A DNA stretch of 13,510 nt. It comes from Candidatus Cloacimonadota bacterium. GTDB taxonomy: Bacteria > Cloacimonadota > Cloacimonadia > Cloacimonadales > WRIO01. Shown piece by piece: positions 1 to 8,912 of the stretch. Positions within the stretch are counted from its first letter, which is position 1, and each line of letters opens with the position of its first letter. The DNA is taken from assembly GCA_029564175.1 (NCBI GenBank), contig JAKQQL010000074.1:1-13510 (forward strand). The letters run 5' to 3'. The position numbers were made by a program, and so were the translations under genes. Below the pieces are notes generated by a model. The model worked only from the letters and a program-made list of their open reading frames with translations. It had not been told where the DNA came from and did no database searches.

Positions 1-79
1 AGCGGGTAATTCCTTCCTGGCTCGCCATGGTGTTTTCAATAAATGATTTTACATTGTCACTATATGCTATTCTATTCAT
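1..79 (-). CDS. possible 5' end of a gene running off the left edge (MNRIAYSDNVKSFIENTMASQEGITR...)
   Basis: Frame is open from ATG at 79 (second in-frame ATG at 28) to the window edge and diverges from the 218 gene. No clear SD and too short to assign. Confidence 0.3.
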   Translation of the reverse strand, partial: MNRIAYSDNVKSFIENTMASQEGITR

Positions 80-169
80 AAAAACAAATAAATCTGATAC
101 AGATTATTTGTCCAGTAATTTTTTGGGGTAGGGTAAGTCCACGGGAGGGGAATTATCACTGTTAGTTTT

Positions 170-192
170 GACAAGCAGGTTGTTTGTCTTAC
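170..192 (-). repeat. REP-like palindrome (GTAA-GACAAACA-ACC-TGCTTGTC)
   Basis: Same 4+8+3+8 geometry as the other units in the window, with one stem mismatch. Confidence 0.55.
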
Positions 193-217
193 TCAATTCA
201 AATAGAAAGGATAAGAA

Positions 218-2761
218 ATGAAATACAGAATGATGACTTTATTGATTTTTATGCTGATCTCATCGCTGTCATCTGTCAATTATGTGGTTAAGCAGGATGG
301 TAGTGGGGATTTTACCAGTATTCAGACTGCGATTGAGAATGCTTCCACTTATGGGGATACCATCATTGTCTATCCGGGCAGATATTATGAAAATCTGGAT
401 TATCTGGGTAAGAATATTACCGTATGCAGTTTATACCGTTACAGTAACAACAGAGAACACATTTACAACACCATCATAGATGCCAATCAGCAGGGCAGTG
501 GCATACTCTTTATGAATCTGGAGACCCGTAATGCGGTAATAGACGGCTTTACCATAGAGAATGGAACCGGGAATATATCTCCCTCTACAACCATAGGAGG
601 GGCTATCAATATTGCAGTATCCAGCCCATCCATCCTGAATTGCATCATGCAAAACAATCAGGCAATCAATGGTTCTGGCGGTGCAATATGTGTCGCAAGT
701 TATCAGGGACTTATCAGCAATCCCTTTCTCTCAGGCAATGTTATCAAAAATAACAAATCTCCAGACTTTGGAGGAGGGATATTTACAAGTCCTACTTCAT
801 TAATTGAGTTTGATCCGGTTAATAAAAACAGCATCTTCAGCAATATGGCTGGTAATGGATATGATTTATCACTTACCAATCCCAATTATCATTTTTCTGT
901 TGTTCTGGATACTTTTACCGTGGCAACAGCTGACCCAAATTTTCTGGATATGTACAGCAGTTTTGATTTTCAGTGTGAGCATGCCATTTATGATGCTTAT
1001 ATCAATCATGATGTGTTCGTTTCCCCTTTGGGGAGTGACCAAAATGACGGGCTCAGTCCGGCAAGCCCTTTTCAGACCATTGCCTGGGCTCTGTACCGGA
1101 TTGCATCTGATTCACTTAACCCAAAAACAATTTACCTGGCACCAGGCACCTATAACCGCTCTCAAAACAATCAGTTCTTCCCCTTGAATATGAAAGCCTT
1201 TGTCAGCATTGAAGGGGCAGGACCTGAACAAACGATATTAGACAGTGAAAATCTTGGTGGTTTGATAAAATCAGGGAAAGAAGATTATCACTATAAACTG
1301 ACTAATCTCAGTATTGAAAATAATTCAATGGATTATGTCCCCTATTGGTCCACCATGATTTTTAACAGCACTGGTCTGGAATATGAAAATCTAAAATTCT
1401 CCAATGTATATACAGGATTGTTGAGCTTTGAACCCTTTGATGGGTATTACAATCCTCAGGCCGTTTTTAAAGCGAATAAACTCCTCTTTGATAATAGTCG
1501 TTATGTTATGCTGGGCACTTATGCCTGGAAGAATTACTATTCCAATATCATCATCAGAAACAATGAACCTTACTGGTATGATATTATTTGGGGCGGACCT
1601 GCGCCTGTTTCTCTGGTTAATCATGCAAGTCTTTCTCTGAGAAATCAATATGAAATCAGTCAATTGCTCATGCATTCCAACGAAAGTTTTCTGGAACCGG
1701 ATTGGCCAATTAGAATACTTGCCAATGCAATAGAAGTTTTACCAAACACTCAGGCTCGCATTATCAATTCTACCATCAGTCACAATACTGTGTCTCATGA
1801 AGGGGGACCTGTCTGTTTTAGAGAGAAGAATTCAAAGCTTGAGATTTACAACAGCATTATTTATGGCAATACACCCAACCGCATTTGGTTTGTAGATATG
1901 CCATCGCCTACACAGCCCCATACCCTGAGCCTCAGTCATACGAATCTGGAAGGGGGCAGGACTTCCATTCGGGAATACTACCCTAATACGCCTTATCATA
2001 ATACAGTCATTTGGGGAGAAGGCAATATTGATGCCGATCCGCTTTATCAGATGGGAAATGAACACCCTTATCAATTGGGTGAAGGCTCTCCCTGTATTGA
2101 TGCAGGGACATTGGATATTCCGGATTACAGCTTTCCGGAGACTGATATCATGGGGAATCCGAGAATTGTTGGTGGCAGTATTGATATGGGCGCTTATGAG
2201 TTTCAGGGCTTGAATGCTAATTTCACAGCTTCTCCGCGACAGGGAATCCTGCCTCTGGAAGTACAGTTTACCGATACCTCATCCGGAGAGGTTTTTGCCT
2301 GGGCTTGGGATTTTGATTTAGATGGCAATATCGACAGCTATGAACAAAATCCGCTTTATACTTATACCCTGCCAGGACTTTATTCTGTACGACTGGTAAT
2401 CAACAATGGAGAAAGGTCGGTGATTAAAAATGACTTTATCCATGTGGAACCACTCTCGGCAGATGATATTGTACTTCCGCCTGTCTCAAATCTTTCTGAC
2501 CCTTATCCGAATCCGTTCAGAGGAAAAACGCTGATGAATATGCAGGTCAATGAGCCTGGTAAAGTGAATATCACGGTATATAACATCAAAGGACAAAAGG
2601 TGAGAAAGCTGATGGACAGCTTTAGCGAAACCGCTTATCATCAAATCGTCTGGGATGGCTATGATGAAAAAGGGAAAAAAGCCTCATCCGGGATCTATAC
2701 CATTCAGATAAAACACAAAAATAAGGTCGTTGGCATTAAAAAGGTGACGCTGATAAAATAG
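218..2761 (+). CDS. large secreted protein: pectin-lyase-like beta-helix, DUF1565-like, choice-of-anchor-Q-like, PKD and C-terminal FlgD-Ig/T9SS-type sorting domains
   Basis: 847-aa ORF with SD AAAGGA and a hydrophobic signal peptide. Motifs: VKQDGSGDFTSIQTAI; VSPLGSDQNDGLSPASPFQTI; SPCIDAG...GNPRIVGGSIDMGAYE; PKD (VQFTDTSSG...WAWDF...QNP.YTY..PG.YSV.L); C-terminal PYPNPF...VYNIKGQKVRKL...WDG.DE.GK..SSGIY...KKVTLIK. Confidence 0.9.
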   Translation: MKYRMMTLLIFMLISSLSSVNYVVKQDGSGDFTSIQTAIENASTYGDTIIVYPGRYYENLDYLGKNITVCSLYRYSNNREHIYNTIIDANQQGSGILFMNLETRNAVIDGFTIENGTGNISPSTTIGGAINIAVSSPSILNCIMQNNQAINGSGGAICVASYQGLISNPFLSGNVIKNNKSPDFGGGIFTSPTSLIEFDPVNKNSIFSNMAGNGYDLSLTNPNYHFSVVLDTFTVATADPNFLDMYSSFDFQCEHAIYDAYINHDVFVSPLGSDQNDGLSPASPFQTIAWALYRIASDSLNPKTIYLAPGTYNRSQNNQFFPLNMKAFVSIEGAGPEQTILDSENLGGLIKSGKEDYHYKLTNLSIENNSMDYVPYWSTMIFNSTGLEYENLKFSNVYTGLLSFEPFDGYYNPQAVFKANKLLFDNSRYVMLGTYAWKNYYSNIIIRNNEPYWYDIIWGGPAPVSLVNHASLSLRNQYEISQLLMHSNESFLEPDWPIRILANAIEVLPNTQARIINSTISHNTVSHEGGPVCFREKNSKLEIYNSIIYGNTPNRIWFVDMPSPTQPHTLSLSHTNLEGGRTSIREYYPNTPYHNTVIWGEGNIDADPLYQMGNEHPYQLGEGSPCIDAGTLDIPDYSFPETDIMGNPRIVGGSIDMGAYEFQGLNANFTASPRQGILPLEVQFTDTSSGEVFAWAWDFDLDGNIDSYEQNPLYTYTLPGLYSVRLVINNGERSVIKNDFIHVEPLSADDIVLPPVSNLSDPYPNPFRGKTLMNMQVNEPGKVNITVYNIKGQKVRKLMDSFSETAYHQIVWDGYDEKGKKASSGIYTIQIKHKNKVVGIKKVTLIK

Positions 2762-2896
2762 AAAAAGAATTTATTATGCTATTGCATTTACTGCTTTTAT
2801 AAACTACCGTAAATCCGTCTTGGATATCTGTTTGAAACACAAAACAGAGTGCTTTGATATCCGGATGATCGGTGTTATGCAAGCTCTGTTCTACTT

Positions 2897-2916
2897 ATCG
2901 TACCGTGTACGATTTT
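2897..2916 (+). terminator. possible weak terminator hairpin
   Basis: ATCGTAC-CGT-GTACGAT followed by TTT, about 135 nt after the stop at 2761. Confidence 0.25.
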
Positions 2917-3150
2917 ACATACAATTGGCTCTTCATGCGATATTGATCAGATGCAAGGACTCCTTCTTTCCTCTTTGACTCCTATTCCATTCCTATTCAT
3001 TTTATTGGAAAATCAAATTGTAAGTGAGATGTTAGTTAGCAAGAAATAGGATCAAAGAAAAGTGTTTTCTACAGGATAGATAAGAGATTCATTCGAAAAT
3101 TCTATTGTTTTTATTCGAAATATGATTAAACTATCTAAAGGAGAAGCGTA

Positions 3151-3726
3151 ATGAAAGTGAAATTGAATCAGAAATCTCATGACTACCCTAAGAAAACAGG
3201 AGATTTGAACCTTGCCTGGTATCATCAGGGTCGTATTTGCATTAGCAGAAAACAAAAACAGCGAAGCCTGCAACAACAAAACATAAACATAATTCTGGTT
3301 AACCAGTTGTCAAAAGCGCTTTGGCAGGATTTAAATCCTGTATTTAAAAAAGATTTCGTGATTTATGCAAAGAGGTATAAACATAAATATCCTTGTCTCA
3401 GAAAAAGAGGCGTTTCTTCTTATGCTGTGTTTTTGATATTAATACATGCTCTGATAAAGTGTTATGCAATCATTTGTACAAATCAGGCAGATTGTCTGAT
3501 TATTTTAAAAAAACTGTTATTAAGACTATCTGTAAAAAAAGCAATTAAAATCAAACTGATGAAACCAGTAAATGCTTATTATCAGTTAAATCATTTTAAT
3601 GAAAATAATCCTGTATCTTATGATGAATTGTTAAAAAGTTCTCTTTATTTAGCTTCAAATAACATAGAATATAGTAAAAAACAATACTTTACTCCTTCAG
3701 TTTCAGGTTGTTCAGGATTTTTGTAA
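3151..3726 (+). CDS. hypothetical basic protein
   Basis: 191-aa ORF with a good SD (AAAGGAG) upstream. Lys-rich, no catalytic motif recognised. Confidence 0.7.
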   Translation: MKVKLNQKSHDYPKKTGDLNLAWYHQGRICISRKQKQRSLQQQNINIILVNQLSKALWQDLNPVFKKDFVIYAKRYKHKYPCLRKRGVSSYAVFLILIHALIKCYAIICTNQADCLIILKKLLLRLSVKKAIKIKLMKPVNAYYQLNHFNENNPVSYDELLKSSLYLASNNIEYSKKQYFTPSVSGCSGFL

Positions 3727-3805
3727 TAAGTTGTTAGAAAAAAATGACAAGTATGGATGAAACCAGATAGGGGAAAGGATTTCTGATTTTTGAAAAGAAA
3801 AGTAT

Positions 3806-4630
3806 TCAGGCTTGGTTTAGCCAGTGACTAACTGCTTCTATGATGCCATTTTCATGACATGAAGAGACTTTGTGGAATTGTTTTTTTATATCTTCATGAG
3901 CATTATGAACAACATAGGCTTTAGCTGCCCAATTTAATAAGTCAATATCATTGAAATCATTACCTATTGCCATACTGTTTTTCTGATTGATAGATAGTAA
4001 GTCGCAAAGATAGTTGGCTGTCTGTGATTTTGAAATGTGTTTAGGGAAGATTTCTATCCATTTCGACTGATGATCAAGTGGAGAAGTGGCTCTGATAACA
4101 GAAAACTGATCCAGCGTCTGGCTGAGAAAAATCTCGTGATTTGCCTGATATGATGTGATTGCAAGGAATTGAGATGCTTTTTTGTGGGTATAAGTCAGCG
4201 TATCTGCTTTTAGTGCATAATCTGAATAATGTTTTAATCTGGAGATAAAATCACTATTGCATTTGTTAAACAAAAAATAATCAAAATAATGATTGTCTGG
4301 TATGGGATGATGTATCATGTAATCAATCTGTTTTTTATTTAAAGCAGATGCAATGATAGCTGTGTCATTGCTACTTAGGCAAGCGCTGAATATAATCTGC
4401 TTTGTTTTCCAGTTCATCAATCCAGCTCCAGATGAAAATATCAGGTAATCAATTGGAAAGTCATTCTCTAATACTTTATATGCAGAATACAGAGATCGAC
4501 CAGTAGCAATTACACGGATTATATTTTGTTTTTGTAAATCTCGAAACATTTGTAATATTTCTTCATTTACCTGACAGGATGAATCACACAAAGTGCCATC
4601 AAAATCACTGATCAATATTTTCTTATCCAT
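3806..4630 (-). CDS. Cof-type HAD-IIB family hydrolase (phosphatase)
   Basis: Motif I SDFDGTL, motif II ATGR, motif III Lys (SKS), motif IV GNDFND. Start moved to the ATG at 4630, which follows SD GAGAGGA. Confidence 0.92.
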   Translation of the reverse strand: MDKKILISDFDGTLCDSSCQVNEEILQMFRDLQKQNIIRVIATGRSLYSAYKVLENDFPIDYLIFSSGAGLMNWKTKQIIFSACLSSNDTAIIASALNKKQIDYMIHHPIPDNHYFDYFLFNKCNSDFISRLKHYSDYALKADTLTYTHKKASQFLAITSYQANHEIFLSQTLDQFSVIRATSPLDHQSKWIEIFPKHISKSQTANYLCDLLSINQKNSMAIGNDFNDIDLLNWAAKAYVVHNAHEDIKKQFHKVSSCHENGIIEAVSHWLNQA

Positions 4631-4829
4631 AAATCCTCTCAATACAACATTCCATAATCTGTATTTTTGTAAAGTTTTTTATGAAAAGAGAACTCTCTCA
4701 GCAAAATCCATGCTTATTATTCGTAAAAATTACAAAAAATAATTGGGAATTAAAAATAAAACTTGATTAAAACGGGCTTTTGTTTTATATAGTTTAAATC
4801 ATGCAGAAATCTTAGGATGAAAGGTCATT

Positions 4830-5420
4830 ATGAAATCACCCTTAAAAATTGCGGTATTAACTTCCGGTCATAGTCGGGGTTCTAATTTTAAAGCGATACA
4901 TCAATATATACAAAATAAAAACCTGCCATATCAAATTGCTTTTGTAATGGTAACTGATCAGACAGCCCCTATTACGGATTATTGCCGAATGAATCAAATT
5001 GAAACGATTGTATATCAGCCAAATCAAAAAATGAATGATTTTTTGATAGAGACTTTTCGGATGAGACCTTGCGATTTAATCGTTCTTGCCGGATTTATGA
5101 GAAAAATATCACAAGCTTTTTTAGATAGTATTCAATGCCCTGTTATCAATATTCATCCGGCATTACTGCCAAATTATGGAGGGCGGGGGATGTATGGCAG
5201 TCATGTGCATCAAGCCGTATTTCAGGCAGGTGATAAAATATCCGGAGCCAGTGTTCATTTTGTAAGCAATGAATACGACAAAGGCGAAATTGTGCTTCAG
5301 CAGTCAGTTGATATTACAGACTGCAAATCTCCTGATGATATTGCCCGAAAAGTATTAGAGATTGAGCATAAGATTTACGGGGAGGCAATTGAAATGGTCC
5401 TTTCAAAGGATATATTATGA
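4830..5420 (+). CDS. purN: phosphoribosylglycinamide formyltransferase
   Basis: N-terminal SG..RGSNF loop, LAGFM, INIHPALLP (catalytic Asn/His), GASVHFV..EYDKG (catalytic Asp) and EH near the C-terminus. Confidence 0.95.
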   Translation: MKSPLKIAVLTSGHSRGSNFKAIHQYIQNKNLPYQIAFVMVTDQTAPITDYCRMNQIETIVYQPNQKMNDFLIETFRMRPCDLIVLAGFMRKISQAFLDSIQCPVINIHPALLPNYGGRGMYGSHVHQAVFQAGDKISGASVHFVSNEYDKGEIVLQQSVDITDCKSPDDIARKVLEIEHKIYGEAIEMVLSKDIL

Positions 5421-5512
5421 ACAAAAGTCTTATTGCCTTGTACCGTAAGCTACCAGCTTGCGAATCTTCATTTGTTTTAAAGGATATACTATGAACAAAA
5501 GTCTTATAGCCT
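5401..5512 (+). repeat. 38-bp imperfect direct repeat (5401-5438 / 5475-5512) flanking a REP-like unit
   Basis: tttcaaaggatatattatgaacaaaagtcttattgcct vs ttttaaaggatatactatgaacaaaagtcttatagcct, 35/38 identical, period 74 nt. Confidence 0.9.
5440..5462 (+). repeat. REP-like palindrome (GTAC-CGTAAGCT-ACC-AGCTTGCG)
   Basis: 21/23 identical to the minus-strand unit at 10384-10406. Confidence 0.8.
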
Positions 5513-6759
5513 GTCTCTTGTTGTTAATTACGATAACATTATTGTTTTCAAAGACCATTGAAGAAGAAATCAATAATAAGATCATGTACCTTGAATTATT
5601 TCCTGATGATTTAAAAGAACGTTATGAATTGGCTTATTTATACAATTTAATGAACCAGTTAGTTGACGCAGAGAGTCAGTATCGGTATATTATCAATAAA
5701 GATTCACTTAATACAGACGCCTGGATAGGCTATCTCTGGTCTATGAGCTTACAGGAAAAGCATCATGAAGTCTTATCTTTTGAAGATAAAGCGCTTCTTC
5801 TGACCCAAAAAAATCCATCTGTGATGAATATCATGGCATTTACACATGGGAGCTTAAACAGTGATTATGAAGCGATTTATTATTATAGAGAAGTACTAAA
5901 AGATAATCATTCAAATCAGACAGAATTATTTTTAGCAAACAAGGGCGTTGCCGGCCATTATTTCTGGACAGGAGATTACTATCAGTTTAATCGTATTAAT
6001 AAGGCATTCAACCAACTTTTACCCGAAGAAGAAAAACAAAACTTAATGCCGATCTTTCTATATATGTACTCCGGCATTTCTTATGGCTACAATGATAAAG
6101 ATATTGATTTTCAGACATTTAATCAATGGGTTTCATTAGGTGCATTAGAGGCAGAACTAATCGTAGAGAATAAAAGAGTTAAATCGCAACAGACAAAAAC
6201 AAATTATACGTTTAAACTCGACAATTACTTTTATCCTGTAAATCTGTCTGCCCAGTTTCATCTGGTAAAAAATGATCAGCGTCATGAGTCTGAGCATAAA
6301 GATGGATATGCTTGCCAATTCTCAGTTTCTAAGCCATTTTATCCGTATAAATCTAAATTAGAACCTTATTTTTCATTGGCTTTTTTTGATTATGATTCAT
6401 TTGATTCTGATAAAATCGGACAGGTTGAAACAGGGGCTTATCTTTATACAGACTTGATTACGACAGGGCTTTCATATAGCCAATCAAGATATCCAAAAGA
6501 TCACAGATCTTACACTCTCGATATTCATTATAAACTGAAAGACTGGTATGCTATTCAGTTGATCAATGGATTTGGAGATAACAATAATATGATTTCCATG
6601 AGTGGTCAAATATTTGATGAGTGGTCTTCAACAAAACAGTTTCATCAGATAAATCATTACTTTTACTGGAAACGACTGATTGGATCTCTATCATACAACC
6701 GATCATTAATGAATCGTTGGTCAGATTCATGGATGATGTCAGCAGGAATCAGGTATTAA
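5491..6759 (+). CDS. exported TPR-repeat protein with probable C-terminal outer-membrane beta-barrel
   Basis: ATG 5491 follows SD AAAGGA. Signal peptide MNKSLIACLLLLITITLLFS, TPR-like helices (ELAYLY...DAESQY; EAIYYYREVL), alternating aromatic beta-strand pattern in the C-terminal half, ending in SAGIRY. Confidence 0.8.
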   Translation: MNKSLIACLLLLITITLLFSKTIEEEINNKIMYLELFPDDLKERYELAYLYNLMNQLVDAESQYRYIINKDSLNTDAWIGYLWSMSLQEKHHEVLSFEDKALLLTQKNPSVMNIMAFTHGSLNSDYEAIYYYREVLKDNHSNQTELFLANKGVAGHYFWTGDYYQFNRINKAFNQLLPEEEKQNLMPIFLYMYSGISYGYNDKDIDFQTFNQWVSLGALEAELIVENKRVKSQQTKTNYTFKLDNYFYPVNLSAQFHLVKNDQRHESEHKDGYACQFSVSKPFYPYKSKLEPYFSLAFFDYDSFDSDKIGQVETGAYLYTDLITTGLSYSQSRYPKDHRSYTLDIHYKLKDWYAIQLINGFGDNNNMISMSGQIFDEWSSTKQFHQINHYFYWKRLIGSLSYNRSLMNRWSDSWMMSAGIRY

Positions 6760-6866
6760 CAAAATATCCTTTCTTATCTTACTATATTTATATCTCTCAG
6801 ATTTGCTGATTTTTATTGATATAATTACCTGACTAATTTTGAAAAATGATTGTTATATGAGTGATA

Positions 6867-8912
6867 TTACCTTAGGCATTTGAGGATAAATGCATATTTA
6901 TAAGCCCAGTCTCTATTGTAAGTATCACCTGAACTGCCTCCCCGATGACCGGCATCGATGTCTGTTTTTAACAAAAGGATATTTTGATCTTGTTTCCTGT
7001 CCCGTAATCTGGCGGTAAGTTTTAAGGGCTGCCAGTAACTGACACGGGTATCATTCCAGCCTGCACTGATCATCATGGGGGGATAGTCTTGATTTTTAAT
7101 GGTTTGATAAGGATCCCATTCTAAATAGTTTAAATAATCCGACTGGATCATTGGATCACCAAATTCTTTTTGATTAAAGAGATCACTTCTTCTATCCAGC
7201 ATCCAGTTAATACCGTCACAGGCAGGTACCTCAGAGATCGCCACAGCAAACAGAGAAGGCTTTTTATTGACTACACTGTTGATCAGTCGTCCGCCGGCAC
7301 TCCTGCCAAAGATCGCCAGTTTATCAGACGAAGTATATTTTAACTGAATAAGCCCTTCACTGACAGATATAAAGTCCAAAACAGAATTTTTCTTTAAAGA
7401 TCCAATAGAATCCGTGTGCCACTGCCTGCCCATTTCACTGCCTCCTCTGACATGAGCCACTGCATAGATAAAACCTCTGTTTAACAGAGAGAATAAATGA
7501 GGTTCAAACCAGGGGTACTGGCTGTAACCGTATGCTCCATAAGCTCTTAGCAAGAGAGGATTTGACCCATCAAAATTAAAAAGATCTGTTTTATAAACAA
7601 GTGAAACGGGGATAGATTTGCCATCATGTGACTCTATAAAAATCATATCACTCTGGTAGTCATTTTCATCGTAATATTCAAAAGACTTTTGAGATTGGAT
7701 GCTTAACTTCTTCATTTTTAAATCATATCGATAAGTCGTTTCTGGTTTTAGAACGGAGGTATAGGTAAAATCAAAATAATCCTGAGAAGAGTTTCCTGAG
7801 TCGATTTTGCTGATAGAATAGGTTTCTTCAGGAAACTGGATGTAATTATCATCTTTATCCTTCAAATTAATACAATTAATTTGTTGTGAGCCCCATTTTT
7901 CTTCAAACAGAATGATATGATCTTTGCATATCATATAATCATATAAGGAGGTTTGTTCATCGAATTGTCTTATAAGTGTTGTTTTTTCTGGCTGATTGAT
8001 TGGGAAAGAGAAGAGTTTATCATTTTCAAACATAAAAACGGTATCGTAATACAGCCCATAAACATAAGTATTAGGTCTTTTTGGAAAAAGTGGTTTAAAA
8101 TGACTAAGTGGTTTCTTTCGGTTGAGATACCAGGCTTCGGATTGATCTCTGTCTGAAATAATATATTGAATAAACTGATCCTGTTCAATCAAATCCACAC
8201 TGCCTGTTTCTGACGGATTTTCATAAATCAGTTTATCTTCTGAAAAAGCGGTACCGGTTTGATGTCGATAAAGTCTTTTAAATTGAAATGGATAATCTCT
8301 TGATACATAAAACAGATAAGATTTTGCTCCCCAGCTAAACATATGCGATACGCCGTAAAGACTATCAGCCGGTTCATCAAGTGTCTTAAGATTTTTAATG
8401 AAGAGAGTGCCAATTTCTTTTCCTTCAAAATCAATCAAATAAGCCATATAGCGATTATCCGGACTAATCTTCCAGGCAATCAGTTTAGCAAATTTCTGAC
8501 CCTCAGATATTTTTTGCATATCCAGTATCTTGGTCTCTTTCACCCCTTTTTTTTGATATAAATTTTTAAAGCCACCTTCTTCCCATTTTTCAAAATACTT
8601 TACTTTACCTACTTCTTGATATATGATATTTTTAGATTTCTCATAAAATGAATAAAACTCTTTTAATAATTGTTTTTGAAGCGCTTGAGTATCTGCCATC
8701 ACTGAATCGGCATAGAGATTCTCCTGAACAATATAGTTCATTACTTCCGGGTTATTTTTATCTTGAAGCCAGTGATATTCATCGGCTAACTTTTCTCCGT
8801 GTAATTCCAGGAAGAATTCCTTTTTATCCGCTGTTGGTTCTCCAAATAAACTCATAAAAAGAAACATATTCCCCAAAAGCATCAGTGTAATTAAGCCTTT
8901 TTTCTCTCTCAT
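6867..8912 (-). CDS. S9A family serine peptidase (oligopeptidase B / prolyl oligopeptidase-like) with signal peptide
   Basis: D.Y.WL N-terminus, beta-propeller region, YGAYG, HVRGG.E.G..W, nucleophile GRSAGG, NDTRV (Asp), AGH (His). SD AAGGGGG. Confidence 0.93.
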   Translation of the reverse strand: MREKKGLITLMLLGNMFLFMSLFGEPTADKKEFFLELHGEKLADEYHWLQDKNNPEVMNYIVQENLYADSVMADTQALQKQLLKEFYSFYEKSKNIIYQEVGKVKYFEKWEEGGFKNLYQKKGVKETKILDMQKISEGQKFAKLIAWKISPDNRYMAYLIDFEGKEIGTLFIKNLKTLDEPADSLYGVSHMFSWGAKSYLFYVSRDYPFQFKRLYRHQTGTAFSEDKLIYENPSETGSVDLIEQDQFIQYIISDRDQSEAWYLNRKKPLSHFKPLFPKRPNTYVYGLYYDTVFMFENDKLFSFPINQPEKTTLIRQFDEQTSLYDYMICKDHIILFEEKWGSQQINCINLKDKDDNYIQFPEETYSISKIDSGNSSQDYFDFTYTSVLKPETTYRYDLKMKKLSIQSQKSFEYYDENDYQSDMIFIESHDGKSIPVSLVYKTDLFNFDGSNPLLLRAYGAYGYSQYPWFEPHLFSLLNRGFIYAVAHVRGGSEMGRQWHTDSIGSLKKNSVLDFISVSEGLIQLKYTSSDKLAIFGRSAGGRLINSVVNKKPSLFAVAISEVPACDGINWMLDRRSDLFNQKEFGDPMIQSDYLNYLEWDPYQTIKNQDYPPMMISAGWNDTRVSYWQPLKLTARLRDRKQDQNILLLKTDIDAGHRGGSSGDTYNRDWAYKYAFILKCLR

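Noticed and set aside
282..2213. Short alternative-frame and antisense ORFs inside the 847-aa gene
   Set aside because: Fully nested in a well-supported CDS with no recognisable motifs; shadow ORFs.
3052..3279. 75-aa minus-strand ORF
   Set aside because: Overlaps the 3151 ORF, which has the clear SD. No motif.
4631..4642. TTG start extension of the HAD hydrolase
   Set aside because: The extension contains the SD for ATG 4630, and HAD motif I normally lies a few residues from the N-terminus.
5458..5490. TTG start for the TPR protein
   Set aside because: It begins inside the REP. ATG 5491 has the SD and starts the signal peptide.
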